A DNA stretch of 64,000 nucleotides, taken from assembly GCA_964544955.1 (NCBI GenBank), contig CAZJEB010000007.1:2647-66646 (forward strand). Direction: 5' to 3'. Numbering within the stretch: position 1 is the stretch's first letter; the number at the start of each line of letters is the position of its first letter. The notes below the pieces were generated by a model. The model searched no databases. It worked only from the letters and a program-made list of their open reading frames with translations, and was not told the DNA's origin. The DNA comes from an uncultured Oscillospiraceae bacterium. GTDB lineage: Bacteria > Bacillota > Clostridia > Christensenellales > Aristaeellaceae. Shown piece by piece: positions 38,979-50,157 of the stretch. The translations under genes were made by a program, and so were the position numbers.

Positions 38979-40640
38979 ATGGCAAAAAAAGATAAGCTGC
39001 GCATTATACCCCTTGGTGGCGTTGATGAAATAGGTAAAAACTTAACAGTAGTTGAGTGTGGAGACGATATAATAGTTATTGATTGCGGAAGTATGTTCCC
39101 CCATGAAGACCTGCTTGGTGTTGACCTTGTTATTCCCGATGTTGCATACCTATTGGAAAACAAAGACAAAATTAGAGGCTTTGTTTTTACCCACGGTCAT
39201 GAAGACCATATTGGTGCTACACCATATGTTATGAGCCAGTTACAAGCCCCATTGTATGGTAGTAAATTTACAATGTCGCTAATTGATATTAAGCTTAAAG
39301 AACACCGATTACCACCAATTTCCTTAAACGCAGTAAACCCTGGCCAAGTTATTAAGCTTGGTTGCTTTTCAATAAAATTTGTAAATGTTAACCACTCCAT
39401 ACCAGGAGCCTTTGCACTAATAATAAAAAGCCCTGCTGGAACAATTATACATTCTGGTGACTTTAAAATTGACTATACGCCTATTAAAGGCTCTGTAACA
39501 GATTTAACTGCATTTGCTGAAGCAAGTGCTGATGGTGTTTTGGCTTTATTATGCGAAAGTACAAATGTTGAACATGAAGGCCATACTTTAAGCGAAAGTA
39601 AAATTGCTGAAACCTTTGAAACTTTATTTGAGGAAGCCCAGGGTAGAATTGTAACTGCAATGTTTGCAAGTAATGTACACCGTGTACAAATGGCAGTTAA
39701 TGCCGCTATGAGATATGGCAGAAAAGTTTGTTTTATTGGTCGTAGTATGGTTAATGTAACAAGAGTATCAATGGAGATAGGTGAGCTAGATATACCTGAA
39801 GGTTGGATAATAGAACCAGAAGAAATTGATAATTATAGAGATGATCAAATACTTATTGTAACTACTGGTAGCCAAGGCGAACCTATGGCGGGTTTAACAA
39901 GAATGGCTTTTGGTGAACATCGCAAAGTTAGAATTAGACCTACAGATATGGTTATTTTATCTTCAAGCCCTATCCCTGGCAACGAGAAAAATACAGCAAG
40001 AGTATTAAACCAACTTTATAGGTGTGGTGCCCATGTTGTTTATGATTCTTTAGCAGAAGTGCACTCTTCTGGACATGCTTGTAAAGATGAATTAAGAATA
40101 ATACATACACTTGTTAAGCCTAAATACTTTGTACCAGTACATGGTGAATATAGAATGTTATGGCAACACGCTGAGCTTGGTGAAGCTTTAGGCGTTCCCC
40201 CATCTAATATAATAATACCTGAAACTGGCCAAGTTATTGAAATGAGTGAAAAAGCTTTAGCCTTAGGCGAAACTGTTCAAAGTGGATCACTTATGGTTGA
40301 TGGCTTATGTATTGGTGATGTTGGTAATGTTGTTTTACGTGATAGAAGGCATTTAAGCCAGGATGGCATAATTATTGTTGCACTAACAATTGATAGGGAT
40401 AATGGAACACTTGTTGCTGGCCCCGATATTGTAAGCCGTGGTTTTGTTTATATAAGGGAAAACGAGGATATTTTAGCAGAGGTTAAAGAATTATCTAGAA
40501 GTATAGTTTTAAGTTATGAAAGAATAGACGATGATGCCTTTATAGATATTAGAAACAGGCTAAGAAATGACGTTAAACGATATATTTATGCTAAAATAAA
40601 ACGCAACCCCATGATATTACCTGTAATATTGAATGTTTAA
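38979..40640 (+). CDS. rnj: Ribonuclease J
   Basis: Metallo-beta-lactamase motif HGHEDHIG, beta-CASP and a C-terminal domain. True start is ATG 38979 after AAGGAGGG. The track start at 38871 adds an implausible extension. Confidence 0.92.
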   Translation: MAKKDKLRIIPLGGVDEIGKNLTVVECGDDIIVIDCGSMFPHEDLLGVDLVIPDVAYLLENKDKIRGFVFTHGHEDHIGATPYVMSQLQAPLYGSKFTMSLIDIKLKEHRLPPISLNAVNPGQVIKLGCFSIKFVNVNHSIPGAFALIIKSPAGTIIHSGDFKIDYTPIKGSVTDLTAFAEASADGVLALLCESTNVEHEGHTLSESKIAETFETLFEEAQGRIVTAMFASNVHRVQMAVNAAMRYGRKVCFIGRSMVNVTRVSMEIGELDIPEGWIIEPEEIDNYRDDQILIVTTGSQGEPMAGLTRMAFGEHRKVRIRPTDMVILSSSPIPGNEKNTARVLNQLYRCGAHVVYDSLAEVHSSGHACKDELRIIHTLVKPKYFVPVHGEYRMLWQHAELGEALGVPPSNIIIPETGQVIEMSEKALALGETVQSGSLMVDGLCIGDVGNVVLRDRRHLSQDGIIIVALTIDRDNGTLVAGPDIVSRGFVYIRENEDILAEVKELSRSIVLSYERIDDDAFIDIRNRLRNDVKRYIYAKIKRNPMILPVILNV

Positions 40641-40687
40641 TAACATACAACGGCTAATTAATTGTAAATTTATACAACAATTATTTT

Positions 40688-40714
40688 AGCGGGGCTTTAT
40701 GCTCCGCTTTTTTA
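40688..40714 (+). terminator. Intrinsic terminator after rnj
   Basis: AGCGGGGC-TTTAT-GCTCCGCT followed by a T-run. Confidence 0.7.
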
Positions 40715-40737
40715 TAGTATAATAATAAGGAGCTTTT

Positions 40738-41076
40738 ATGAATAATGAAATAGAACAGGCTTTAACAAATCTTGTAAATATAATTAAAAGTACTAAAGCT
40801 TATGAAAACTATGATAGCCTTATGGAAGAAGTATATAATAATAAAGAATTAAGTGCTATTTTATATAGTTATAAAGTTGCAGCAAAGCCCTTACAGTTAG
40901 CCGCTGTAAATAATACTGAAACCGATGAAGAAAGCTTAGATAAGTTTAGACAAATATCCAACTTAGCTTTTAAGGATGAGGTTTTAGGTAGCTTTATAAA
41001 TTATGATATGCAAATTAAAAAATTGTTAGGCGATATTATAGAAAAATTAAGCGAAAGTTTGAAAATTGAGTATTAA
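40738..41076 (+). CDS. YlbF/YmcA-family protein (probable)
   Basis: 112 aa, helical, with an N-terminal I..S..Y..Y pattern. Its position before mltG matches other Firmicutes. Weak by-eye call. Confidence 0.4.
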   Translation: MNNEIEQALTNLVNIIKSTKAYENYDSLMEEVYNNKELSAILYSYKVAAKPLQLAAVNNTETDEESLDKFRQISNLAFKDEVLGSFINYDMQIKKLLGDIIEKLSESLKIEY

Positions 41077-41093
41077 ACTTAACGAGGTAGTTC

Positions 41094-42281
41094 ATGGCAA
41101 AAAAAGATAGAGTTAAATATGATTATGAAACCTTAAAAAAAGAGAGGGAGTATGGTTTTTATTGGTACTCCCCTATTTGGCGTGTATTAAGATCTTTATT
41201 AATATTTATAATAGCAATAATGCTATCTTTTGGCCTTTTAAGCTTGATTTTTAGTGTAATAAATGAAAAATATATAAGCCCTGTTGATTTAAACGATAAT
41301 ACAGAAATTAATTTTACTGTTGAAAGTGGCTCTAGCCTATCAAGAGTATCGAAAAACCTTGAAAAAGGTGGGTTAATTAAGAACAGTACTGTATTTAAGT
41401 ATTATAGCGACTTTATGGGTTTAGGTCAGAAAATACAAGCTGGTGATTACGTTTTACGAAAAAACATGACACTTAACGATATTGCTAATAACCTTGCAAG
41501 TGGTGATGGTAAACCATTAACTGTACGGTTTACAATTATTCCAGGGCAAACAATAGAGGCAATTGCTGATACATTACATTTAGAAGGTATAATTAGCAAC
41601 AAAGAAGAATTTTTAACATTGTGCAACGACGGAAAACAATTTGAAAACTATTATTTTATTGCTGACGCTTTAAAAACAAATAATGTATCAAGTAGAAAGT
41701 ACTTATTAGAAGGATATTTAGCTCCAAACACATATGAAATATACACAAACTCATCATCAAAAACAATACTTAATAGGTTATTGCAACAAACTGATTCTGT
41801 TTTCTCATCTACATATCACGACAGAGCAAATGAATTAAAAATGACAATGGATGAAGTTTTAACTTTGGCATCGATGATAGAAAAAGAAGCAAAAACTGAT
41901 GATTTTGCAAAAGTTTCTGCAGTTTTTTATAACAGATTAAAATCTGGTATGAAATTACAAAGCGATGTTACAATACACTATGTAACAAATGTTAGAAGAA
42001 TGCTGTTAAAAAATGATGATTTAAATATAAATTCAGCATACAACACATATATGATTAATGGTTTACCACTAGGGCCTATATGTAACCCATCGCCTAATGC
42101 AATTTACGCAGCATTATTCCCAGATGAAGAATTTATTAAAGAAAAATACTTATACTTCTGCAGTAAGGATCCAGATACAGGTGAGCTATATTTCTCCAAA
42201 ACTTTAAAGGATCACGAGCAAGCAGTTAAAATATTTGCCCCATTATGGGAGGCATTTGATAAGAGTAGAGGATTGAATTAA
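41094..42281 (+). CDS. mltG: Endolytic murein transglycosylase MltG (YceG family)
   Basis: N-terminal TM anchor, LysM-like module, and conserved LASMIEKEA and SAYNTY...GLP.GPI motifs. Confidence 0.85.
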   Translation: MAKKDRVKYDYETLKKEREYGFYWYSPIWRVLRSLLIFIIAIMLSFGLLSLIFSVINEKYISPVDLNDNTEINFTVESGSSLSRVSKNLEKGGLIKNSTVFKYYSDFMGLGQKIQAGDYVLRKNMTLNDIANNLASGDGKPLTVRFTIIPGQTIEAIADTLHLEGIISNKEEFLTLCNDGKQFENYYFIADALKTNNVSSRKYLLEGYLAPNTYEIYTNSSSKTILNRLLQQTDSVFSSTYHDRANELKMTMDEVLTLASMIEKEAKTDDFAKVSAVFYNRLKSGMKLQSDVTIHYVTNVRRMLLKNDDLNINSAYNTYMINGLPLGPICNPSPNAIYAALFPDEEFIKEKYLYFCSKDPDTGELYFSKTLKDHEQAVKIFAPLWEAFDKSRGLN

Positions 42282-43525
42282 TGAAAAATAAAATTGAACT
42301 TTTAGCCCCTGCTGGCGGCTTATCACAATTAGAAACCGCTCTCCATTTTGGCGCAGACGCTGTATACGGTGGTTTAACAAAATTTGGTTTGCGTGCTTAT
42401 GCAAATAACTTTAATTATGAAACTTTAAAAACAGCTGTTGATTTAGTTCATAAAAACAATAAAAAATTCTACTTAACTATGAATAGTATGCCCAATGATA
42501 CAGCAATGGAAGCTTTATTAGAAGCCGCAAAAAAAGCCCATGAAATAGGTATAGATGCTGCCATTGTTAGTGATATTGGTGTAATGAGATTGTTAAGTAA
42601 AAATATACCTAATTTACCTTTACATATAAGCACACAGGCAAATGTTTTGAATAGTGAAGCTGCTTTATTTTTCCATGAGGCTTTTAACGCTGAAAGAATA
42701 ATACTTGCAAGGGAACTAAATTTAGAACAGATTAAGGATATGCGGAAATCATTACCCCAAGAAATTGAACTTGAAGCTTTTGTTCACGGGGCTATGTGCA
42801 TGGCATATTCGGGCAGATGCTTGCTTAGCAACGCCTTAACTGGAAGGGGCGGAAATCAAGGTGAATGTGCCCAAAGTTGCCGTTGGAAATACTCTTTAGT
42901 TGAAGCTAAGCGCCCCGGCGAAGAAATCCCAATATATGAAGATGAAAATGGAACATATTTATTATCAAGTTATGATATGTGTATGCTACCCAATTTACCA
43001 GAACTACTTGATTCTGGTTTAAGTAGTTTGAAAATAGAAGGAAGAATGAAAAATGAATATTATGTTGCAACAGTAGTTTCAGCATACAGAAAAGCATTAG
43101 ACGCATTATACGAAAGTGAAGATAAATTTAATGAATTATTACCTTTTTTAATGAAAGAACTTGATAAGGTTGGCCATAGAGCAACAAATACAGGTTTCTA
43201 TTACGGTAACCCAGAACCACCTGCTGGAGCTGAAGGTGTAATACAGAGCATGGAATATGTTGGCAAAATAAATACAGCAGCCCTTGCAAATGAAGAAACT
43301 GCTGTAACTTTAAAAAATAGATTTTTTGTTGGAGATAAACTTGAAGTAGTATCCCCCACAGGAATATATGAATATACCCCCGAGTATATAAAATTAGAAA
43401 AAGATGGAAGTTTAGTTAATACATATAGTGTTGCAAATGAAATTGTATACTTAAAGTTCCCTTTTAACGTTAGTAAAGGCGATATAATACGTGGACCCAA
43501 TAGAAACCACAGGTTTAGTATTTAA
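42281..43525 (+). CDS. Peptidase U32 family protein
   Basis: EAFVHGAMCMAYSGRCLLS signature. The start overlaps the mltG stop. Confidence 0.85.
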   Translation: MKNKIELLAPAGGLSQLETALHFGADAVYGGLTKFGLRAYANNFNYETLKTAVDLVHKNNKKFYLTMNSMPNDTAMEALLEAAKKAHEIGIDAAIVSDIGVMRLLSKNIPNLPLHISTQANVLNSEAALFFHEAFNAERIILARELNLEQIKDMRKSLPQEIELEAFVHGAMCMAYSGRCLLSNALTGRGGNQGECAQSCRWKYSLVEAKRPGEEIPIYEDENGTYLLSSYDMCMLPNLPELLDSGLSSLKIEGRMKNEYYVATVVSAYRKALDALYESEDKFNELLPFLMKELDKVGHRATNTGFYYGNPEPPAGAEGVIQSMEYVGKINTAALANEETAVTLKNRFFVGDKLEVVSPTGIYEYTPEYIKLEKDGSLVNTYSVANEIVYLKFPFNVSKGDIIRGPNRNHRFSI

Positions 43526-44330
43526 CGTTTAATTTATCAATAAAATGCAAAGCTACTTTTGATTCTTCTGTGACGAAGGGTAATGAATCACCTTGAGCAA
43601 AAAGTACTATGCATTTTTTATTTTGCACTAAAGCAATAACATCGTAACTTTTAAAGCTGTTAGCAATACCTATTGATATAATACATTTATAGGCACCTTT
43701 AGCTGGAACTATTTTACGAGCTAAGTACTCAAAATGATACTCATTTAATTGATTAAATAATAGCTTTAAAGGCATGGCATATGTATATTGCAACAACTCA
43801 TTTGCTCTATTAACATTGCCAATTTTAATTAGTTTTCTAATGCTTGTAGATGAAACGGTTTCATTGTGATCACTTACGCGAGATTTTACATGGGTTTTAA
43901 AACCATGTTTCTCACCTAATTGCTTTAGAAGTTCACCATCACCCCTACCACCTTTGCCAAATGTATAGTTATAGCCAATAAATATATGTTCAGCATTAAA
44001 TGTTTTAACAAGGTTTTCTATAAAGTATTCAGGTTCTTGAGCAGCAATAGTTTTGTTAAACTCCATTATACACATAGCATTTACGCCTAAGCCTGCAACT
44101 TCCCTTGCCCTTTGAGCAGTTGTTGTAAGCCTATCAGGTTGAATTCCAGGGTTTAACACTTCAAGGGGTCTTTTATTAAAAGTACAAAGTATTACTGGTG
44201 AAAGCTCGTCATTAGAAAGTTTAACGGCTTCATCAATAAGTCTTCTATGCCCCATATGTATTCCATCAAACATACCCAAAACAAGTATAGTAGGTCCTTT
44301 AATTTTTGTTAATCCTAAGTAAATTTTCAT
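43515..44330 (-). CDS. ribF: FAD synthetase (RibF) with a shortened, degenerate riboflavin-kinase domain
   Basis: N-terminal GMFDGIHMGHRRLI and SSTSIRKLI. The C-terminal roughly 95 aa lacks the G.R.LGFPTAN motif. The start was set to the internal ATG (MKIYLG) after AAGGA. Confidence 0.7.
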   Translation of the reverse strand: MKIYLGLTKIKGPTILVLGMFDGIHMGHRRLIDEAVKLSNDELSPVILCTFNKRPLEVLNPGIQPDRLTTTAQRAREVAGLGVNAMCIMEFNKTIAAQEPEYFIENLVKTFNAEHIFIGYNYTFGKGGRGDGELLKQLGEKHGFKTHVKSRVSDHNETVSSTSIRKLIKIGNVNRANELLQYTYAMPLKLLFNQLNEYHFEYLARKIVPAKGAYKCIISIGIANSFKSYDVIALVQNKKCIVLFAQGDSLPFVTEESKVALHFIDKLNVKY

Positions 44331-44340
44331 AATATTTTCC

Positions 44341-45246
44341 TTATATAGATAATAGTGTCTCAATTTTTAGCATATTTTTATGTATTTTACCAATTCCTAT
44401 AAAGTCATTATCACAATAAACTCTAAAAACTTCATTTATGCCATTATTTGTATTATAATTGTTAAATTTTTTAACATTCAATGCTACACCATTCTTAATT
44501 TCTTTTAAGTATTTATCATCTAAATATATTGCATTTAAATGTTGTAATGGAAAATCCATAGGCAAAATATGGCCTTTTATATCATTTGCCCGTTCAACAA
44601 GCTCTTCTATACTAATAGCATTATACAAATCAAAATTTCCAGTATTAGTTCTAAGCAAAAAGCTCATATAAGCACAAGTTCCTAAGGCTTCGCCTAAATC
44701 CCTACAAAACGACCTTACATAAAAACCAGATTTACACCTTATTAATAACCTGAACTTATTATCTGATATATCACTAAGTTTTTTTAATTCAAATATTTCC
44801 GTATCACGAGGTTTAATTTCTACCTCCATACCATCCCTTGCTATTTGATAAAGGCGTTTTCCATCATGTTTTAAAGCGGAATACATAGGCGGAACTTGAG
44901 TTTGCTTGCCTAAAAACTTATTTAATATATCTTCAATTTGTTTATCGCTAGGTATTATAGTTGATGTAGAAATCACTTCACCATCACTATCTAACGTAGT
45001 AGTAGTTTTGCCAAAACATATTTCAGCAATGTAAGTTTTATCCTTATATTGCATGTGATCAAACAATTTTGTTGCTCTGCCTAGCATTATTGGTAAAACA
45101 CCACTTGCAAGAGGGTCTAATGTGCCAGCATGACCAACTTTACTTGTGTTTAAATTTTTTTTTACGGCTCCAACAACATGGGATGAGCTCATACCTGGAG
45201 GTTTAAGTATATTTAAAAAACCATTATATGTTATTTTATCAGCCAT
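44341..45246 (-). CDS. truB: tRNA pseudouridine-55 synthase
   Basis: GHAGTLDPLASGVLP catalytic Asp motif. Start taken at MADKITYNGFLN. Confidence 0.9.
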   Translation of the reverse strand: MADKITYNGFLNILKPPGMSSSHVVGAVKKNLNTSKVGHAGTLDPLASGVLPIMLGRATKLFDHMQYKDKTYIAEICFGKTTTTLDSDGEVISTSTIIPSDKQIEDILNKFLGKQTQVPPMYSALKHDGKRLYQIARDGMEVEIKPRDTEIFELKKLSDISDNKFRLLIRCKSGFYVRSFCRDLGEALGTCAYMSFLLRTNTGNFDLYNAISIEELVERANDIKGHILPMDFPLQHLNAIYLDDKYLKEIKNGVALNVKKFNNYNTNNGINEVFRVYCDNDFIGIGKIHKNMLKIETLLSI

Positions 45247-46249
45247 TGTTGTTATTAATTTCGCTTTCCACATCTAATATAAGTTGTTTAATTGCAAGTT
45301 CTATATCTTTCCCCATAAAACAACCACTTGCAAAGGCATGCCCACCACCACCATGACTTTCAGCAATTTTATCAACACGATAAGGTGCTTCACTCCTTAA
45401 ATTTGCTCTCACCATACCATCAATTGTTTGATGAACTAAAAAAGCAATTTTTACACCTTCAATTTCCTTTGCATAATTTACAATATTATTCGTTTGCTCG
45501 CTATTTGCATCCAAAGCTGCAAGTTCTTCTTTTGTAATATACATATAAGCAGCGTTGCCATCGCATATAACATTTAAATTGCTAAGGCATTTTGATAATA
45601 CTAAAAGTTGTTTTTCTTGTTTTCTTCTAAATAAAATAAAGTTAATTTTATCAAGAGGAAAATCAATTTTCATAATATCAGCCATGGCCTCAAATGTATG
45701 TGCGTTTGTATTGCTATAAGAAAAATTACCAGTATCTGTAGATATTGCAGTATATAATAATATTGCCAAATCCTGAGTTATACCAAAGTTTATTGCCTTG
45801 ATAAAATCATAAAGCATTAAACCTGTAGCAGGCGAATTACTATCCAAATAATTTAAATTAGCAAAGCTATCATTGGTAGGATGATGGTCAAATTGGGCCG
45901 TAATGCTAGCTTTTTTATATAATAAAATTGCATCACCAAGCCTTTTTGAGTCAGCAACATCAACTGCTATAGCTAAAGTATTTCCTTGTAATTTTTTATA
46001 TTTACCAAAATCACTTAAAAGTACAAGATCCTCAATACCAGGCAAAAAATCCAAATCATGAGTTACAGGCTTAAGTATAATAGGATGTACATTATTATTA
46101 TAACTTTTAACAACATTATACATAGTTAATAAACTACCTATAGCATCACCATCTGGATTAATATGAGTAAATAGCAGAACACTGTCGGCATTTTTTATTG
46201 CCGACAGTAGTTCTGTATAGTTTTGATTTATTGTATTATTACCTGACAT
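45239..46249 (-). CDS. nrnA: DHH/DHHA1 phosphoesterase (NrnA-type nanoRNase/pAp phosphatase)
   Basis: HINPDGDAIGS, DHHP and a C-terminal GGGH motif. Confidence 0.85.
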   Translation of the reverse strand: MSGNNTINQNYTELLSAIKNADSVLLFTHINPDGDAIGSLLTMYNVVKSYNNNVHPIILKPVTHDLDFLPGIEDLVLLSDFGKYKKLQGNTLAIAVDVADSKRLGDAILLYKKASITAQFDHHPTNDSFANLNYLDSNSPATGLMLYDFIKAINFGITQDLAILLYTAISTDTGNFSYSNTNAHTFEAMADIMKIDFPLDKINFILFRRKQEKQLLVLSKCLSNLNVICDGNAAYMYITKEELAALDANSEQTNNIVNYAKEIEGVKIAFLVHQTIDGMVRANLRSEAPYRVDKIAESHGGGGHAFASGCFMGKDIELAIKQLILDVESEINNNNG

Positions 46250-46623
46250 TATTGACCCTCCGATGTATCATTTTCATCAGAATCAGTCAAAACATTTTTT
46301 AATACATTAGAAATGTGTAAACCATATTCAATATTATGATCTTCCACAAAAGTTAGTTCTGGTGAATAGCGAATTATCATTTTTTTACCTAAAGCATGCC
46401 TTAAGTAACCTGACGCATGTTTTAGTGCAGCCATTAGAGGTTTACGGTTTTCTTCCTCAAGCACACTTACATAAACCTTTGCAAAGCTTAAATCCCTTGT
46501 AACATCAACCCTAGTTATACTAAAGGTTCCTGTTATGCGTGGATCGTTTAGTTCATCGCGAATAATTTGATCCAAATCTCGCCTTGCTTGTTCGCTTATT
46601 CTATCTATCCTTGAATAATTCAT
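46249..46623 (-). CDS. rbfA: Ribosome-binding factor A
   Basis: 124 aa with RI.E..R..L..II pattern, located between infB and nrnA. Confidence 0.9.
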   Translation of the reverse strand: MNYSRIDRISEQARRDLDQIIRDELNDPRITGTFSITRVDVTRDLSFAKVYVSVLEEENRKPLMAALKHASGYLRHALGKKMIIRYSPELTFVEDHNIEYGLHISNVLKNVLTDSDENDTSEGQ

Positions 46624-46641
46624 ATGTTCTCCTTTGAATAA

Positions 46642-49530
46642 TTACTTCTCGATTTCCTCTAAAGTAAAACATTCAATTATATCGTTAACTTTTATGTCGT
46701 TAAAGCCATCCAAGCTTATACCGCATTCATAGTTAGCTGCTACTTCCTTAGCATCATCCTTAAACCTACGTAAAGAAGATAATTTGCCTTCAAATACAAT
46801 TATACTATCACGCAATAGCCTTACGGATTCTTTTCTTTGCATTTTACCATCTGTAACATAGCAACCTGCAACAGTGCCTGTACCTGTAATTCTAAACGTG
46901 CTTCTAACTTCTGCATGGCCAAGAACAACTTCTTTATATTCAGGCTCAAGCATACCTTTCATAGCCTTTTCCATATCCTCAATAGCTTTATATATAACTC
47001 TATAAAGCCTGATATCAACACCTTCTTTAGCTGCCATTTCCTTTGCAGCAGCATTAGGTATTATGTTAAAGCCAATAATAATTGCATTAAATGCACTTGC
47101 AAGGTTTACGTCATCATTAGTTACAGCACCTACTGCACTATGTAAAACTCTAACTTTAACTTCATCATTGCTAAGTTTTTCCATAGCTTGTTTAACCGCT
47201 TCAACTGAACCTTGAACATCCGCCTTAATAATCAAATTAAGTTTAACAAGCTTACCTTGATCTATTTGGCTAAACAAGTTATCTAGTGATATTTTTGAAC
47301 CACTGCTTTGCCTTTCAGCCTTTTCTTTATCTTTACGCTCTGCAACAACAACACGGCTTAGCCTGTTATCATCAACAACTACCATCTCATCACCAGCAGC
47401 TGGTACTTCGTCGAAACCAGATATTTCAACTGGCATAGATGGGCCTGCACTTTCAACTATTTCGCCTTTATCGTTTTGCATAGCACGAACGTTACCCGAT
47501 GCAGTGCCGGCAACAATGCTATCGCCTACTTTTAATGTACCAGTTTTTAATAAAACTGTTGCAAGTGGGCCACGTGATTTATCAAGTTTTGCCTCGATAA
47601 TAACACCCTTAGCGCTACGGTTTGGATTAGCTTTATATTGTTGCATATCAGCTACTAACAATACCATTTCTAACAATTGGTCGATGCCTTGGCCTTTTAG
47701 GGCACTTATTGGCACCATAATTGTATCGCCACCCCATTCTTCAGCAACAAGTTCGTAGTTTGTTAAATCTTGTTTAACGCGTTCGGGGTTTGCACCTTCA
47801 ACGTCCATTTTATTTATTGCTATTATGATTGGAACATCGGCTGCTTTAGCATGGTTTATAGCTTCAATTGTTTGAGGCATTACACCGTCATTAGCTGCAA
47901 CAACTATTATAGCAATATCAGTAGCCTGTGCACCCCTTGCCCTCATGGATGTAAATGCTTCATGCCCAGGGGTATCAAGGAAGGTTATTGGCCTACCTTT
48001 AACATTTACCATGTATGCACCAATATGTTGTGTTATTCCGCCAGCTTCTCCACTTGTAACGTGAGATTTACGGATATAGTCAAGCAATGAAGTTTTACCA
48101 TGATCAACGTGCCCCATTATTGTAATAACTGGAGGACGCTCCACCAATGATGCCTCATCATCCTCAACATCAATATCAATTAGCCTTTCTTCGGCTGTTT
48201 TTTCAAGTTTAAGGTCTAAACTTATACCAAGTTCACCAGCTACAATAGATGCTGTATCAAAATCTAGCTCGCTATTAATATTAGCCATAATACCTAAAAT
48301 TAACAGTTGCTTTAGAATTTCATTTGCTTGTTTACCAATTTTAGAAGATAAATCTCTAACAGTAATTGTTTCATTGGTCATTACTGCATTTTCAATTAAG
48401 ATAGGATCCATAAGTTGTTGGGCTGACATTTTCTTTTTGCCACCCCTACGACCACCACGAACAAAATCATCATCGGACTCAACTATGTTGTTGGTTCTAA
48501 TTTTGCCCTTCTTTTTCTTTGCATTATCATAATCGGAAGCTCTACGTTCGTAGGATTTCTTCTTAGGATCGTAATTACTAACTCTTTCCTTTTCAACTAT
48601 TGGAACAATATCTGGAGTTTTTGGTCTGCTTGCTGTGCGAGCTTTGCTTTGCCTTTGGCGATTGTTTGTATCATCATCATCGTCTTTATCGGGCATAAAA
48701 GGTGTGCGAGGCGCCTTATTGAAAGGCCTATCTGGCCTTTTAAATGGTGAAGGAGCACCATCTTTTGAAGCCACATATCCACGATTATATGTGCCAGTTT
48801 GACCTTGTGAAGATTGGCCACCTTGATTATATGGGCGTCTAGGATATCCTTGGTTTTGCCCACCTTGGTATCCTTGACCAGCTTGATAACCTTGACCACC
48901 TTGAGCATTGGGCGTGTAAGGACGTCTTTGATAACCTTGATTTTGCCCATCTTGAGCATTTCTATCACGGTAAGGTGTTCTGTTATTATCTTGATAGCGC
49001 CTATCTGTAGTTTGACCCTGCCTGTTTTGATTAAAGTTATCCCTATTTTGATATGGCCTTTGTTGTTGATTTCTATAAGTAGCTGTAGGAGCAGCCTTAT
49101 CCTTTTGTTCAACAACTGGCTTTTGAGATTTCTTCTCAACAGCCTTTTCTTCAACTTGTTCAACTACAGTTTCTTTGCTAGTTGGAACTTCTTTAGGCTC
49201 AACAACAGGAGCCTCAACTTTTTGTTCAGCTACTTTTATTGGTTCAACCGCAGTTTCAGTCGCTTTTTTCTTTTCTTCTTTTATTTCTTTAGCAGGCTCT
49301 TCATCAGCCATTGTAAAAGAAGTCATATGTTTGCTTTCAAGGGCTTTATTTTCAATCAGCCTTTCTTGCTCTAAGCGCTCATTCTCAGCTTTAATATAGC
49401 CCTTTTCTATTTGGTCAAAGGCGGAAGCTATGGAGTCCGCGCTATTCCTTGTTTTTACGGCTAATTTTAAAATAGAGCCTGAGTTTTCAATTAATTTTGC
49501 TGCAGCATCCTTAAGTTTTATTTTGGTCAT
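46642..49530 (-). CDS. infB: Translation initiation factor IF-2 with an extended low-complexity N-terminal region
   Basis: [20 protein letters not shown] and NKMD motifs. 962 aa with a Q/G/Y/N/R-rich tract in the N-terminal third. Confidence 0.95.
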   Translation of the reverse strand: MTKIKLKDAAAKLIENSGSILKLAVKTRNSADSIASAFDQIEKGYIKAENERLEQERLIENKALESKHMTSFTMADEEPAKEIKEEKKKATETAVEPIKVAEQKVEAPVVEPKEVPTSKETVVEQVEEKAVEKKSQKPVVEQKDKAAPTATYRNQQQRPYQNRDNFNQNRQGQTTDRRYQDNNRTPYRDRNAQDGQNQGYQRRPYTPNAQGGQGYQAGQGYQGGQNQGYPRRPYNQGGQSSQGQTGTYNRGYVASKDGAPSPFKRPDRPFNKAPRTPFMPDKDDDDDTNNRQRQSKARTASRPKTPDIVPIVEKERVSNYDPKKKSYERRASDYDNAKKKKGKIRTNNIVESDDDFVRGGRRGGKKKMSAQQLMDPILIENAVMTNETITVRDLSSKIGKQANEILKQLLILGIMANINSELDFDTASIVAGELGISLDLKLEKTAEERLIDIDVEDDEASLVERPPVITIMGHVDHGKTSLLDYIRKSHVTSGEAGGITQHIGAYMVNVKGRPITFLDTPGHEAFTSMRARGAQATDIAIIVVAANDGVMPQTIEAINHAKAADVPIIIAINKMDVEGANPERVKQDLTNYELVAEEWGGDTIMVPISALKGQGIDQLLEMVLLVADMQQYKANPNRSAKGVIIEAKLDKSRGPLATVLLKTGTLKVGDSIVAGTASGNVRAMQNDKGEIVESAGPSMPVEISGFDEVPAAGDEMVVVDDNRLSRVVVAERKDKEKAERQSSGSKISLDNLFSQIDQGKLVKLNLIIKADVQGSVEAVKQAMEKLSNDEVKVRVLHSAVGAVTNDDVNLASAFNAIIIGFNIIPNAAAKEMAAKEGVDIRLYRVIYKAIEDMEKAMKGMLEPEYKEVVLGHAEVRSTFRITGTGTVAGCYVTDGKMQRKESVRLLRDSIIVFEGKLSSLRRFKDDAKEVAANYECGISLDGFNDIKVNDIIECFTLEEIEK

Positions 49531-49868
49531 GAATTAAATGTACCCCCGAAAGTTTTGTTTAAAATTAAAGTTATTTTATCTGTTAACCCATTGTTTTTTA
49601 ATGCAACTATTTTTATTGCACCACTGGGATAAACTATATTTAACAATTCTTGTTGATTTAGAAAAAGTTTCACATCATTTGAATCACATAAGTTTTTTAT
49701 TTTGCTAATTGTGCTAGATGATAAATTACCTGCTATAACAATTTTTGCTTTTTTACTTTTAACGGCATTTATACAAGCCATTGATCCAATAAATACATAC
49801 GATGCTTTTGTAGCTAAACCTAAATATCCTACAAGAGATTTTTGGCTATTATAGTTTGTTTCTTTCAA
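49527..49868 (-). CDS. ylxQ: L7Ae-family RNA-binding protein YlxQ
   Basis: 113 aa, LGLATKA...G pattern, conserved position between ylxR and infB. Confidence 0.75.
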   Translation of the reverse strand: MKETNYNSQKSLVGYLGLATKASYVFIGSMACINAVKSKKAKIVIAGNLSSSTISKIKNLCDSNDVKLFLNQQELLNIVYPSGAIKIVALKNNGLTDKITLILNKTFGGTFNS

Positions 49869-50145
49869 GCTCGAATTCCCTTCGCTCTATAGCCTTTTCC
49901 AACTCCATTTCCATATCACTGTTTAATGGAGATTCTAGCGCCCTTTGCAGTTGCTTTTGTTTTATAGCAGTTTTTAAACAGTTTATGTTCGCACAAATAT
50001 ATGCTCCCCTGCCATTTTTTTTACCCGTGGTATCCAATATAATTTCTCCCTCGGGTGTTCTTACAATTCGCAACAATTCTTTTTTGGGCACCATTTGCCT
50101 GCACCCAACACACATTCTCATTGGTATTTTTTTATTTTTTAACAC
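49849..50145 (-). CDS. ylxR: YlxR/RnpM (DUF448) RNA-binding protein
   Basis: KIPMRMCVGCR...GRGAYIC motif. GTG start, downstream of nusA. Confidence 0.8.
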   Translation of the reverse strand: MLKNKKIPMRMCVGCRQMVPKKELLRIVRTPEGEIILDTTGKKNGRGAYICANINCLKTAIKQKQLQRALESPLNSDMEMELEKAIERREFELERNKL

Positions 50146-50157
50146 TTCTTATACCTT

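Noticed and set aside
48597-49374. 188-aa (-) and 186-aa (+) ORFs overlapping the infB low-complexity region
   Set aside because: These are alternative and antisense frames of the repetitive Q/G-rich coding DNA of IF2. They stay open only because of the repeat composition. No RBS is present, and infB is the real gene.
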